A DNA stretch of 64,000 bases from IMG/VR virus record IMGVR_UViG_3300034082_004192, positions 1-64,000 of that record. One strand, given 5' to 3'. Under the pieces are notes generated by a model that had not been told where the DNA came from, did not search any database, and worked only from the letters and a program-made list of their open reading frames with translations. Both the position numbers and the translations under genes were made by a program. Position 1 is the stretch's first letter. Every line of letters begins with the position of its first letter. Positions 39,443 to 49,700 of this stretch are shown here, piece by piece. The stretch is from an uncultured virus (IMG/VR IMGVR_UViG_3300034082_004192). Its lineage: Duplodnaviria; Heunggongvirae; Uroviricota; Caudoviricetes.

Positions 39443-41236
39443 TCAACTGGAAGCTTTTATATCCTCAAGAATCATAACTAAGTTATTATTTCCAGACCAG
39501 TTATCAATTTCAACAGTATAAACTACGTCTACTTTGTCACCAGGTTTGTATTCATTGCAAATATATCCTCGCCTCCAAGCATTAGCAGCTACCCAAGTTT
39601 TTTCACCATTGGATAATTTAAGTTTTGCATGCTTACCTTGAGTCAACGATTTTACGTCCACAATTGTCAAGTTTTTTGATATAAAAATGGGAGTGTGATT
39701 CATACTGCCAAAAGGAGATATCTTTGACAAATGAGCATATGTTTTGATGTTTAGTTCACCAAAAGGCATACGAGCATCAATTTCTATAATTTTCTCACTG
39801 CTTGGTTCACCTAATTTGTCTTGAGCATAATTATTTAATGCTTCTCTCATTGCTGGAATATTCTTTATAGGAAGTTCAAAACCAGCAGCAAAAGCATGAC
39901 CCCCGCAAACAGTACTGCCATCTGCTCTTTTCTTGAATAATTTCCAAGCTTCTTCTGACTTGAGAGCATCCAAGATATTAAAATCACGAGTAGAACGACA
40001 AGAACCTTTAGCATATCCATCTTTCTTAAACGAACAAACCAAAGTAGGCTTGTTGTACATTTCTGCAATTTTACCAGCAATAAGACCAATCAATCCTGGG
40101 TGCCAATCTTCTTCACCCAAAATCAATATATGTTCTTTCTCTAAATCAAAATTTCTCTCAACAAAATCTATTGCTTGTTGAGTTGCTTTCTCTTGCTGCT
40201 CTTGTCTCTTAGTATTAGCATTGTTCATCTGCTTGGCAAGATTAGCTGCTGTAATGTCATCTTTAGACAGCATCAAGGATAAAGCAGTACCAGCATCAGC
40301 AAGTCTACCTATAGCATTGATTCTTGGACCAATTTGAAATCCAATTGTAGTGGGAGTAACTTCTTTCACACCAGCAATACGTAGAAGCTCCTTGATACCA
40401 GGCTTATTGCTGTTAGAAAGAATCGAACAACCATAATTTACAATAACTCTGTTCTCATCAATCATTGGAGCAACGTCAGCTACTGTTCCCAATGCAGCAA
40501 ATTCAATAAGTTCATCTACATATTCAAAAACATTAAGCTTACGATAACGAGCCAAGCCAAGCATTAGCTTAAAAGCAATTCCACAACCAGCCAAGTAATC
40601 AAATGGATATCTCTCAAAATTATCTTTCTTATAGGACTTGAAATGTTCACCTGGATAAAAAGGATCATCTCTGTTTGGGTTTACAACTGCCATTGCATCA
40701 GGCAAAGATCCATCTTCACTAGGATGATGGTGATCAGTAATAATTAAGTCAAGATTTTTTTCTTTTGCATATGCTCCAGTTTCAAACGCTACAATTCCGC
40801 AGTCAACACTCATCAGTAGAGTTGCTCCAGATGCTAAGGCTTGATCAACTGAATGAATCTTGATGTCATATCCATCTTCCATTCTATGAGGAACTTTGTA
40901 ATCTATATTTGCTCCCATTTTCTGGAGAGCAGTAACAACAATAGCTGTAGAAGTAATTCCATCTACGTCATAATCTCCCCATACAAATATTTTCTCTCCT
41001 GAGTCAATAGCTTTACTGATACGTTCAATTGCAATATCAGCATCAGGAAGAGACATGGGATTATGTAGTTTATTAATTTTCAAGTCTAAGAATTGTTCAG
41101 CTTTATCTATTGAATCAATTCCACGAGTCATCATAACTTGAGCAACTGGGATAGGTATTTCTAAATCGTATGCAAGTTCTTTGACATCTTGCATACTACA
41201 TTCTCTCATTTTCCAAATTGTTTCGATTCTATCCAT
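39443..41236 (-). CDS. recJ: ssDNA exonuclease RecJ
   Basis: GDYDVDG, VDCG, TDHH, GTVADV, PRINAIGRL, GSCRS, GGHAFAAG. Confidence 0.95.
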   Translation of the reverse strand: MDRIETIWKMRECSMQDVKELAYDLEIPIPVAQVMMTRGIDSIDKAEQFLDLKINKLHNPMSLPDADIAIERISKAIDSGEKIFVWGDYDVDGITSTAIVVTALQKMGANIDYKVPHRMEDGYDIKIHSVDQALASGATLLMSVDCGIVAFETGAYAKEKNLDLIITDHHHPSEDGSLPDAMAVVNPNRDDPFYPGEHFKSYKKDNFERYPFDYLAGCGIAFKLMLGLARYRKLNVFEYVDELIEFAALGTVADVAPMIDENRVIVNYGCSILSNSNKPGIKELLRIAGVKEVTPTTIGFQIGPRINAIGRLADAGTALSLMLSKDDITAANLAKQMNNANTKRQEQQEKATQQAIDFVERNFDLEKEHILILGEEDWHPGLIGLIAGKIAEMYNKPTLVCSFKKDGYAKGSCRSTRDFNILDALKSEEAWKLFKKRADGSTVCGGHAFAAGFELPIKNIPAMREALNNYAQDKLGEPSSEKIIEIDARMPFGELNIKTYAHLSKISPFGSMNHTPIFISKNLTIVDVKSLTQGKHAKLKLSNGEKTWVAANAWRRGYICNEYKPGDKVDVVYTVEIDNWSGNNNLVMILEDIKASS

Positions 41237-41993
41237 TATTAGCCCCAATATATAAAGTTTTCTTACCAGATTCAATCATTTTTTGAATAGTTTCATCCAA
41301 GAATGAAACTTCAAATTTTTGCGCAAAGTCATCAGGATCCATACCAAGAGGAAGAAATAATCTCAAAGCATTCAGGCCTAATTCTTCAATTTTATTAATT
41401 ACTTTTTCAGATGCAATTTTTCCAGCATCATCGGCATCCATTACAACAACAAGATTATCACAGTATCTGGATGCTAAGGCAACTTGATGATCAGATATAG
41501 CAGTTCCGCAAAGGGCAACAGTATTTTCCAATCCATTGTCATAGAAAGAATAAACGTCAAAATATCCTTCTGTCAATATAAGATAATTCTTTTGACGTGC
41601 CATTGTTTTAGCGATATCGAGAAAGAATAAATTTTTATTCTTTTGATAAGGTTCGTTTATCCATTTGCCTTTTGACCATTTGTTTATTTTGTCAGCACAC
41701 CTAGCTGGTTCATGTCCGTAAAGGTCCCAAAAAGCTTGAACAGTTTGATCTTTTAATTCTGGGATTTGCCTACCAGCAAGAGCAATAAAATTTCCATGAA
41801 CGTCTTTAATAGGAACAATTAATCTGCCTTTTAGTAATGAAAATTCGTATCTGGAGTATGAAGGGCAAAATGCTACTAAATTGTTTTCTATTATCTTTTT
41901 TGAAAGATTTCTAGTTTTAAAATATTCTTGAACAACTTTGTTTTCATTGTAGTTGCGTAGAAATTGATTGTAGTTCAATTCAAAGCTGTTCAT
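41229..41993 (-). CDS. dnaG: DNA primase catalytic/Toprim part (no Zn finger)
   Basis: RLIVPI, AGR, EGYFDV, CGTA, DADDAG, DPDD. Confidence 0.9.
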   Translation of the reverse strand: MNSFELNYNQFLRNYNENKVVQEYFKTRNLSKKIIENNLVAFCPSYSRYEFSLLKGRLIVPIKDVHGNFIALAGRQIPELKDQTVQAFWDLYGHEPARCADKINKWSKGKWINEPYQKNKNLFFLDIAKTMARQKNYLILTEGYFDVYSFYDNGLENTVALCGTAISDHQVALASRYCDNLVVVMDADDAGKIASEKVINKIEELGLNALRLFLPLGMDPDDFAQKFEVSFLDETIQKMIESGKKTLYIGANNG

Positions 41994-41999
41994 CAGTAA

Positions 42000-42037
42000 A
42001 TTGTATCATTAAAGGAAAGAAAAGCAATTTGTAGGAA
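42000..42037. promoter_or_regulatory. Overlapping divergent promoters
   Basis: Minus: TTGCTT-N16-TACAAT-N6-ATG (primase). Plus: AAGG-N18-GGAA (42012-42036). Confidence 0.5.
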
Positions 42038-42069
42038 AAATATTGTAGTTTTCCCCAAAGGATAGATAA

Positions 42070-42774
42070 ATGAATAAATTTCAAAAATTATCTCAATTAA
42101 GTAAAGACATAGAATTATTAGAGAATGCTGGCAAAATTAAAGCAGCAGAAGTTCTTCATAAAAAGTTTATCAGAGAAGCTCAATATGCAATGCCTCAGAT
42201 GATGTCAATGATGCCTCAGATGATGCCAATGATGCCTCAAATGATGCCAATGATGCCTCAAATGATGGCAAGACCAACAATCGCTCCAACAGCTCTAGCC
42301 AGACCAGTTGTCACACCTGCACCAATGCCTATAGCCCAACCAAGAACAACTCCTGTTCAAACAATAGGTACACCAAATCCAGGAGTTAGTCCAGCACCAA
42401 CTCCTGCTCCTAAACCCGTCCCAAGTCCAGGCAATATGAAGATAGCTCCAGAACCTTCACCAGCACCACCTCCGCCACCTTCTGGACAAACAACACCACC
42501 AAAGCCAACACCCACAGAAGGTGGAAATTATGGAATGATTCCTGGACCTGGCGGTAAAACAATTTTTACTGACCCTGGTACTGGAAATGCAGTAGATCCC
42601 CCTGGCAGCCAAGATTTGTTTGATACCTTTTACGGCCAATTGCAAGATGCTAACAGATATCCAGAACCTCACAGAAGTCAATATTTACAGTTCTTACGTG
42701 GCAAAATTAATGATAATAAAAAGAAATTAGGCGATAGACTGTTTGGCAGTTTATTTGATGTGTATTTAAGATAA
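42070..42774 (+). CDS. Pro/Met-rich protein with 38-aa leader
   Basis: Leader ends HKKFIREAQ, then MPQMMPM repeats and a Pro-rich tract. Confidence 0.7.
   Translation: MNKFQKLSQLSKDIELLENAGKIKAAEVLHKKFIREAQYAMPQMMSMMPQMMPMMPQMMPMMPQMMARPTIAPTALARPVVTPAPMPIAQPRTTPVQTIGTPNPGVSPAPTPAPKPVPSPGNMKIAPEPSPAPPPPPSGQTTPPKPTPTEGGNYGMIPGPGGKTIFTDPGTGNAVDPPGSQDLFDTFYGQLQDANRYPEPHRSQYLQFLRGKINDNKKKLGDRLFGSLFDVYLR
42190..42270 (+). repeat. 21-bp coding tandem repeat, about 3.8 copies
   Basis: atgcctcaRatgatgYcaatg encoding MPQMM(S/P)M. Confidence 0.9.
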
Positions 42775-43598
42775 TGAGTTTTTTTCAAAAGTTATCACAA
42801 ATTAACAAAGACATCGTATTACTTGAATCTTTTGGAGATTTTAAGGCTGCCGATGTTTTGCATAAAAAATTCATCAGAGAAGCACAAAATGAAGTGGAGC
42901 CAATTTCTTACTCGAATAAAGATAAAAAAAGAGGTTCAATTTATAAAAAAAGATTCAATGATAAGCTTAACAGAGGTTTATTAGTGAAAGATGAAAATAA
43001 AGATAAGTTTATAAGTTCGATATACGCTGATAGTTTTTTTTATGATGAAGATAAAGAACAACTTGAAAGTTTGATAAGACAAACAATTAAACCAGCTGCT
43101 CCATCTAGTACTGTTATTCCATCTTCAACATCGAATCCACAACAAAATTTCACAGAACTTCAAACAGATTTAGCTAAAGATTATATGGCACAGCTTAATG
43201 CAGCAAAAGGTGAATGGGATTTAGATTTTATTAAAATGCAGTATGAGAGACAAGGACTTCCCCCATTTGAAGCTAAGATTTTAGATGATCTTATAATCAA
43301 AATTAAAAGTTCAAAACGTAATAAGTTAATGACTGGCTTGAAATCTGACTTAGATGCCGTAAATGCAACTCCTGGAACTAACACTGAATTTATTAATTTA
43401 AATGAATCATCTATACCTAAACTTCAAGCTAGAATTGACCATTATAGACAAAAAATTAATAAATACAAAATTACTAAAGATCCAGCTATGCATAAATATC
43501 TTAAAAAATTCATTAAAAAAAATTATGATAATAATTTATTAGATTCAAAATCATATGTGACGTTTATGAAAGAATTGGGAATCAACATTCCTACATAA
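42774..43598 (+). CDS. Hypothetical protein with paralogous 38-aa leader
   Basis: MSFFQKLSQINKDIVLLESFGDFKAADVLHKKFIREAQ. Confidence 0.7.
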   Translation: MSFFQKLSQINKDIVLLESFGDFKAADVLHKKFIREAQNEVEPISYSNKDKKRGSIYKKRFNDKLNRGLLVKDENKDKFISSIYADSFFYDEDKEQLESLIRQTIKPAAPSSTVIPSSTSNPQQNFTELQTDLAKDYMAQLNAAKGEWDLDFIKMQYERQGLPPFEAKILDDLIIKIKSSKRNKLMTGLKSDLDAVNATPGTNTEFINLNESSIPKLQARIDHYRQKINKYKITKDPAMHKYLKKFIKKNYDNNLLDSKSYVTFMKELGINIPT

Positions 43599-43626
43599 AA
43601 AAATCCCCTCAAATGAGGGGATTTTT
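43598..43626. terminator. Bidirectional terminator
   Basis: aaaaatcccctca-aa-tgaggggattttt between convergent genes. Confidence 0.85.
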
Positions 43627-43628
43627 AT

Positions 43629-44849
43629 TTAGTCTAGCATTTGCTTTGCAGCAATATCAAAATCAATTCCACCATCGTCACCATCATCATCATCTTCATC
43701 TACATCGTCAGAAGATGGACCTTTACTGATTGCTTCAAGAAGATCAGTAAGTGGCTTACCAACTACTTTCAAACGACCACAAATAAATTCAAATGCTGTA
43801 GTAGAATTATCATTACGAGTACGCTTTTCAGGAGCTGGTTGAACCAATAAAAGTTTACAGAATTCATATGGGTCTTTAGATTCAATAACTTCTCCAGTAT
43901 CAACGTTCGTATAAATAAACTTCTTACGAACTTCCTTGACGTATTCAAATCCCTTAGCCTTGGCCTTATAGAGAAATTCATCAACAGGATTAGTAGTTTC
44001 ATCATCAGTGAACATAATCTTAAATTCACCAGTTACACCAGGCTGTCCGTAACGAGTTTTCATAACAAGAACTTTGCTCTTGCCACCAATTACTACATCT
44101 TTACCTTCAGCATCCTTCTTGGTAACTTGTCCAGCAGCACCGTTGATCTTATTAATCCACAGACGCATATGTGTGAAGTAGTTCATTGCATTACCGCCAG
44201 AAGCAGTTTTCGCCATTGTTCCAGGCATCACCCCAGCGCCCATATAGAGCTGATTGATCAGTACAACAATAGTTCCAGATGCAGCAGTCTTAGCAGTTAA
44301 GTCTTTAGTTAGTCTTTTTACAAAACGAGCATGCAATCCAATAGTCTGAACTTGTTCCATAGATTTGACTAATTCATCGTTAGGTATCATTGCTGAAATT
44401 GAGTCAACAACAATTACAGAATAGTCTCCAGTTTCCACCATATACTTGAGTAGTTCACCGTACTTTTCTGCAGAGCCAACATTTTCAATAAGTAAAAGTT
44501 GACTAGTGTTGACGCCACAAGATAAGGCACGTAAAGGATAGTATGAATTCTCAATGTTAAAGAAAGCACACTTCTTGCCCATTTTTTGAGCCTCAGCAAT
44601 TAGCTTATAGCCAAGCCAAGTTTTGCCAGACTGTGATTCACCACAAAATTCAATCAATGTGCCAGTAGGAATTCCCATACCTGCTCCTAAGATTGAATCA
44701 ACTTCAAACACACCTGTAGGAATAAATTCAATATTCTCTACATCACCAGACTTAATACACTTTTCGTCAATACCAAGTGCCTTAAGTTTCTGCTTCAATA
44801 AACGCTCTTGATCTTTGTCAATTGCTTCGTTTAGTTCTTTTCTAGCCAT
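43629..44849 (-). CDS. recA: RecA/UvsX recombinase
   Basis: IPTG, GESQSGKT, VVDSI, INQL, SGGNAM. Confidence 0.92.
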   Translation of the reverse strand: MARKELNEAIDKDQERLLKQKLKALGIDEKCIKSGDVENIEFIPTGVFEVDSILGAGMGIPTGTLIEFCGESQSGKTWLGYKLIAEAQKMGKKCAFFNIENSYYPLRALSCGVNTSQLLLIENVGSAEKYGELLKYMVETGDYSVIVVDSISAMIPNDELVKSMEQVQTIGLHARFVKRLTKDLTAKTAASGTIVVLINQLYMGAGVMPGTMAKTASGGNAMNYFTHMRLWINKINGAAGQVTKKDAEGKDVVIGGKSKVLVMKTRYGQPGVTGEFKIMFTDDETTNPVDEFLYKAKAKGFEYVKEVRKKFIYTNVDTGEVIESKDPYEFCKLLLVQPAPEKRTRNDNSTTAFEFICGRLKVVGKPLTDLLEAISKGPSSDDVDEDDDDGDDGGIDFDIAAKQMLD

Positions 44850-44863
44850 ATTTTGCTCCTAAA

Positions 44864-44888
44864 AAGGGATGGAATAAATCCATCCCTT
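44864..44888 (-). terminator. Terminator between SSB and recA
   Basis: aagggatgga-ataaa-tccatccctt, T-run on minus strand directly before the recA SD. Confidence 0.7.
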
Positions 44889-44893
44889 CAAGA

Positions 44894-45907
44894 TTACTTC
44901 TTTCCCATCCAGCCTAATGAGACGTCGCTATCATCATCGTCGTCATCATCATCTTCATCAAGAACTACAGCTTTTTTGGCAGTGCGAGCTGGCTTAGGAG
45001 CAGGAACGAATTCCTCTTCATCATCATCTTCATCTTCCTCAACAACTGGAGCTGGCTTAGCAACAGGCTTAGGAGCTTCAACAGGAGGTGAAACCTTGTA
45101 AGATGCGGATACAACTTCTGCTTCAGCATTCTTGGGAGCAGTGAATTTGAAGATCTTGGTCAATGGATATCCATAGGCAAAGAAATCTTCCCACTCAGGC
45201 ATATTAGGATCTTCATCACGATCAGATTTGTAATTTACACGCTCTTTCATAAGATCTTCAGTAGATGGTTCGCCAGCCTTGCGAAGCAACTCAACCATTT
45301 CATCTGTAATATAAGTAGGCTTACCCTCAAAATAAAGAGTGTAATCTACTGAAAGAGGAGCTGGCTGACCAGTAGCTGTAGCAGTAATCTTTACACAAGG
45401 GGAATTACGAGTGCCATAATGACGACCATCGCCATCTTCATTCTCATTATCTTCATAATTCTGAATTGTCTGCTCAGCAATACGATTGAAGATGCTCTTA
45501 CCCTTCTTAAGAATCTTTGGTGCCCAAGTACCATCTTCTTGCTTTTCAAGAACATTTTGAGCATACTGAGTAGTACCAATATAACCCATCTTTTTCCATG
45601 GGCACTGTGAAGGATCATCATGTCCAATTCGAACAAATGACTTATTCATGTCAGCGTCAGGGAATGGAACACGCTGAGTCTTTCCTCGAAGAGAAGAATC
45701 ATTATTTGGATTTGGAACATAAACTTTGTCAGTGAATTCTGTAAAAGAAATCGGATCACCAATAAGCTTTAGACGGCGAACAACCTTAGGTGTATCTTTG
45801 ACAGAAAGGTTGACGAGAATATCCTGTAAACGAGGAAAAGAATTACGAGGCTGTGATGATGCATTTGATTGGGCAACCATCTTTGTAGCAGAAACACGTC
45901 GAGTCAT
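44894..45907 (-). CDS. Probable ssDNA-binding protein
   Basis: Next to recA; KILKKGKSIF..I motif, long acidic tail; SD GGAG before ATG 45907. Confidence 0.6.
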   Translation of the reverse strand: MTRRVSATKMVAQSNASSQPRNSFPRLQDILVNLSVKDTPKVVRRLKLIGDPISFTEFTDKVYVPNPNNDSSLRGKTQRVPFPDADMNKSFVRIGHDDPSQCPWKKMGYIGTTQYAQNVLEKQEDGTWAPKILKKGKSIFNRIAEQTIQNYEDNENEDGDGRHYGTRNSPCVKITATATGQPAPLSVDYTLYFEGKPTYITDEMVELLRKAGEPSTEDLMKERVNYKSDRDEDPNMPEWEDFFAYGYPLTKIFKFTAPKNAEAEVVSASYKVSPPVEAPKPVAKPAPVVEEDEDDDEEEFVPAPKPARTAKKAVVLDEDDDDDDDDSDVSLGWMGKK

Positions 45908-45948
45908 TTTATTTTTCTCCAATTGGGCTCTTCCGTCCCACATTTTTT

Positions 45949-45977
45949 AGTTTACTTTATGTTTTGTGCTTAAGCAA
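45949..45977 (-). promoter_or_regulatory. Sigma70-type promoter
   Basis: TTGCTT-N17-TAAACT. Confidence 0.6.
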
Positions 45978-45984
45978 TAGAAAT

Positions 45985-46734
45985 TTAGGAAATTCTTGCA
46001 TTTCTAGTTTTTACTATAGCATTCCCTTTATTCATGGGAGTTTTATCTTTCGAGTAAAGATTAGACATACCCTCTGAATTGAAGGATTGGTTGATTCTGG
46101 ATAAAGCTTGATGCTCACGCAAAATTCTATCCATTTGAGATGCTGCAAATTCAATATTTTTCAAGTATTGCTCCAAATATGTTAGCAGCCTTTTGGAGTT
46201 TGTCATCGGAATGACAAATGGGTGTACAGTGAATGCAGCATTAGCATCTTTATCTTTTGCTGTCCCTGTAGATAATTTTATAGCCATTTCTCGAAGGTTT
46301 TTATGTGCTTGAGAAATCATTTCATAGTGAGCAAAAACAACAGACATTATTTCAGTCAATCTATTTCTGTACTGTACTTGTAAAGCATAAGCAGCTGAAA
46401 ACGATTCAAATGCATAGTCATCTTTACTTGGAATAGAAACATCCCATTGCCTTATTTCTTTGCGAATTTCAATTTCATCATAGTATGGCAAAAGACTAAT
46501 TGCATCTTGCCAAATTTGTACTTCTTTAGCAAATGAATCTTCAGTGACACCTTTGAGACGGCTTACTAAATCTTTTGAAAAATTGGGATCTTTCCATGAA
46601 ACAGTTTCAGGCATAGGAGCCCAATCCAATGATGCAAGCAAAATTGAATTTTCTTCATCAAAATCTTCATCTTCTTCTGTCTTGATGTTAAAATCAGGAT
46701 CTGCATATTCTTCGTATTCGTCAAAAATTCCCAT
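45985..46734 (-). CDS. Hypothetical helical protein
   Basis: 249 aa between dnaE and SSB. Confidence 0.6.
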   Translation of the reverse strand: MGIFDEYEEYADPDFNIKTEEDEDFDEENSILLASLDWAPMPETVSWKDPNFSKDLVSRLKGVTEDSFAKEVQIWQDAISLLPYYDEIEIRKEIRQWDVSIPSKDDYAFESFSAAYALQVQYRNRLTEIMSVVFAHYEMISQAHKNLREMAIKLSTGTAKDKDANAAFTVHPFVIPMTNSKRLLTYLEQYLKNIEFAASQMDRILREHQALSRINQSFNSEGMSNLYSKDKTPMNKGNAIVKTRNARIS

Positions 46735-46742
46735 AATATTTC

Positions 46743-49700
46743 CTAATCAAATAAACCATCACTCAATAAAGTCTTGATTGTTGATGAAGTAGATTTAGTC
46801 TTTCTTTCTTTGTTGTTAATTATATCATCATATGACACAGAATTTTTCTCTGAAAGTTTCTGCATCCTTAGAGAATTCTTTTCTTCTCTATTTCTTTCTG
46901 CAACAATATTGTCCCAGTATTCCATGAAATCTTCTACAACTTCAAATTGTAAAGTATCAGACAAGCAACTTAATGCATCATGTTCTGCAAGAAATGCTAC
47001 CATACCACGATTAGGACGAGCTCTGTAAGCTAAATCCTTACAATCTTCATACGGTTGATGCTCTACAATATCGATAGCTCTAGCACCTACACCCTTGATA
47101 GCAGAAAGAGGAAGTAAAATTTCGCCCTTTTTGTTTACAGTGGTTTCAACACCAGATTCATTTACATTAGCTGCTTTTACTGGAATACGATCCATGCTAC
47201 ATTCTTTAAGTAGAACAGCAAGTTTATCTTCATCAAGTCTATCAATTTGAATACAAGCAGCCAACCACTCAGAAGGATAATAATTACGTAAATAAGCAGT
47301 GTAATAAGAAAGTAAAGCATACGAACAAGCGTGAGATCTATTAAACGCATATCCACCAAATTTAGCCATCAATGCAAGAACTTCATCAACAATTGCTTCT
47401 GGAATTCCACGCTCTTTGCTTTTAGTAGAAAATAAATTACAAACATCATCAAAATCTTTTCCTGATTTTTTTGAAATTGCTTTACGTAATTTATCAACTT
47501 GCTGCCATGTGAAACCAGCCATATCACGAGCTAAGAACATAGCTTGCTCTTGATAAACCATAATTCCATAAGTTACAGAAAGATGCTTTTCAATAATAGG
47601 ATGAGCATATTGAATTGTTTCTGGATGTCTTTTGCCTTCTGCGTATTGAGGAATATAATCCATAGGACCAGGACGATAAAGCGCAGCAACAGCAATCAAG
47701 TCTTCAATATTACTAGCATTTACATCACGAAGAGCTTGTTGCATTCCTTTTGATGCAAATTGGAATACGCTTGCAGTTTTACCTCTAGCATAAATGTTCT
47801 TGAAAATTTTTGCATCATCAAGATTAATCTTCTTGAAATCGATATCTTTATTATGTAGCCTCTTGATATGCTCCAAACATAAAGCAACTTGATGAAATGC
47901 AGCAAGTCCAAGAAAATCATATTTGACAAGCCCTACACGTTCGACATTTTTCATATCGTATGCAGAACATAGGTTGCCTTTTGAATTTTCTATTGGAGCG
48001 TGAAGATACAGGGGTTCAGAACATACAAGAACACCAGAAGCGTGAACACCAAAATTAGAATATGTTCCAACTAATTGAATGGCGCTATCTAATTCTTCTT
48101 TCCACTGGTTATAGTAATGCTTAAACTCTTCATTTTCTTGAATAGTTTCTTCGATTGTTGTTCCTGGTTTTTTAGAAATACAAGCAGAAATCTTTAAAGC
48201 TTGATTGTGAAAATCATTAGGGTATGTATCTTGAAAATTTGTTGAAGCTTTAAGACATCCAACAACAGAGTTTTTTGCAGCGTATTTACCCCAAGTACCA
48301 ATTTGCGCTACGTGATCTTCTCCAAATCTATCTTTAGTCCAATCGATTACTTCAGAACGACGAGAATCATCAATATCAGTATCAACGTCAGGAAGAGCGG
48401 CAACTTTAGAGATTACAAGACCATCACTAGGCATTTCTTCAGTAATTTCTAAAATATGAGCAGTCCAAAGTTGAGATTCATTATTCTTAGTTTTAATGCC
48501 CATTTTTGCAAGATTATAAATGTATGAAGAAAGACCTTGATTCTCCAATACCCATAATTCTTTTTCAATTTCAGGCTCAAATTTCTTATATTCAGGAAAA
48601 TATTCTAACCATTGTTTGGTGATATTTCTTAACTTCTTACTGTAAGGAATTTGATCCATTTCACCATATTCATTGATGAATTGTTTTGCTGGAAATTCAG
48701 ATATATCTATACTGTATTGAGTTCCACGGCCAGGGTTTAGGAAGCGTTCAAACATCAAATTCCAACGTACTGGATCTACATTACAAACCTCAAGACAGAA
48801 GTTTACTAATGATCCAACACCAGATCCACGAATGCCAAAATGGATGTCTTTATGCTTCATGAACTCGACTAATTCTCTTTGAATTAAGAAGTAGTCAGTT
48901 ACACCCATGTACCAAATTTGACGCAATTCACTATCAAGACGAGCTAGATAATTGTTAGTAAATAAATTTGCTTGACGTAAACCAGAGATACAAAGGAAAG
49001 CTAAATAAGCTTCATTTGCTTTGTGGTGAGGAAGTTTAGATTTCCAGAAATTATTGAACTCTTGATTGTCTTTTGGAATACGAGCAGCTGGAAGTAAGTG
49101 AGGAACGTCAAGCTTAAAGAAATCTTCCACCATTTCAGATATAAGGACAGAATTCTTTAATGCATCAGGCACACTCGAACCAAAAATCTTATGCATATCA
49201 TCATAAGGTTTTAGATAGAATTGATGACTTCCGTAAGCTTCTTTTTTGCCATTCTTCTTGTCAGTTCTGCTGTCTCTTTGATCACGCATTTGGATAAGAA
49301 CATCATGGATTTTCCAGTCTAGTTTATCAAGATAGTGAACATCATTAGAAGCTACAACTGGAAGATCATATTTATTGGCAATATCTAGGAGGAAGGGCGT
49401 ATTGTGTGCTTGTTCATCAATTCCGTGATGTTGCAATTCAATGAAATATCGATCTTGAAATACATTTTTGAAGCGATTGACAACACTATTAGCTGTTTCA
49501 ACATCTTCTCTCATTAGGGATTGATTAAGTTCAGAAGCAAGACAGCCTGAAAGAGCAATTACGCCTTCAGAGTGCTTTTCAATACAGCCCCAGTCAACAC
49601 GAGGAGAATAATAGAAGGCATCAGGATCATTGCCAAGAGCGGAAAGAGAAAGAAGATTCTTATATCCTGTTTCATTTTGAGCAAGAAGAGTTAGATGGTT

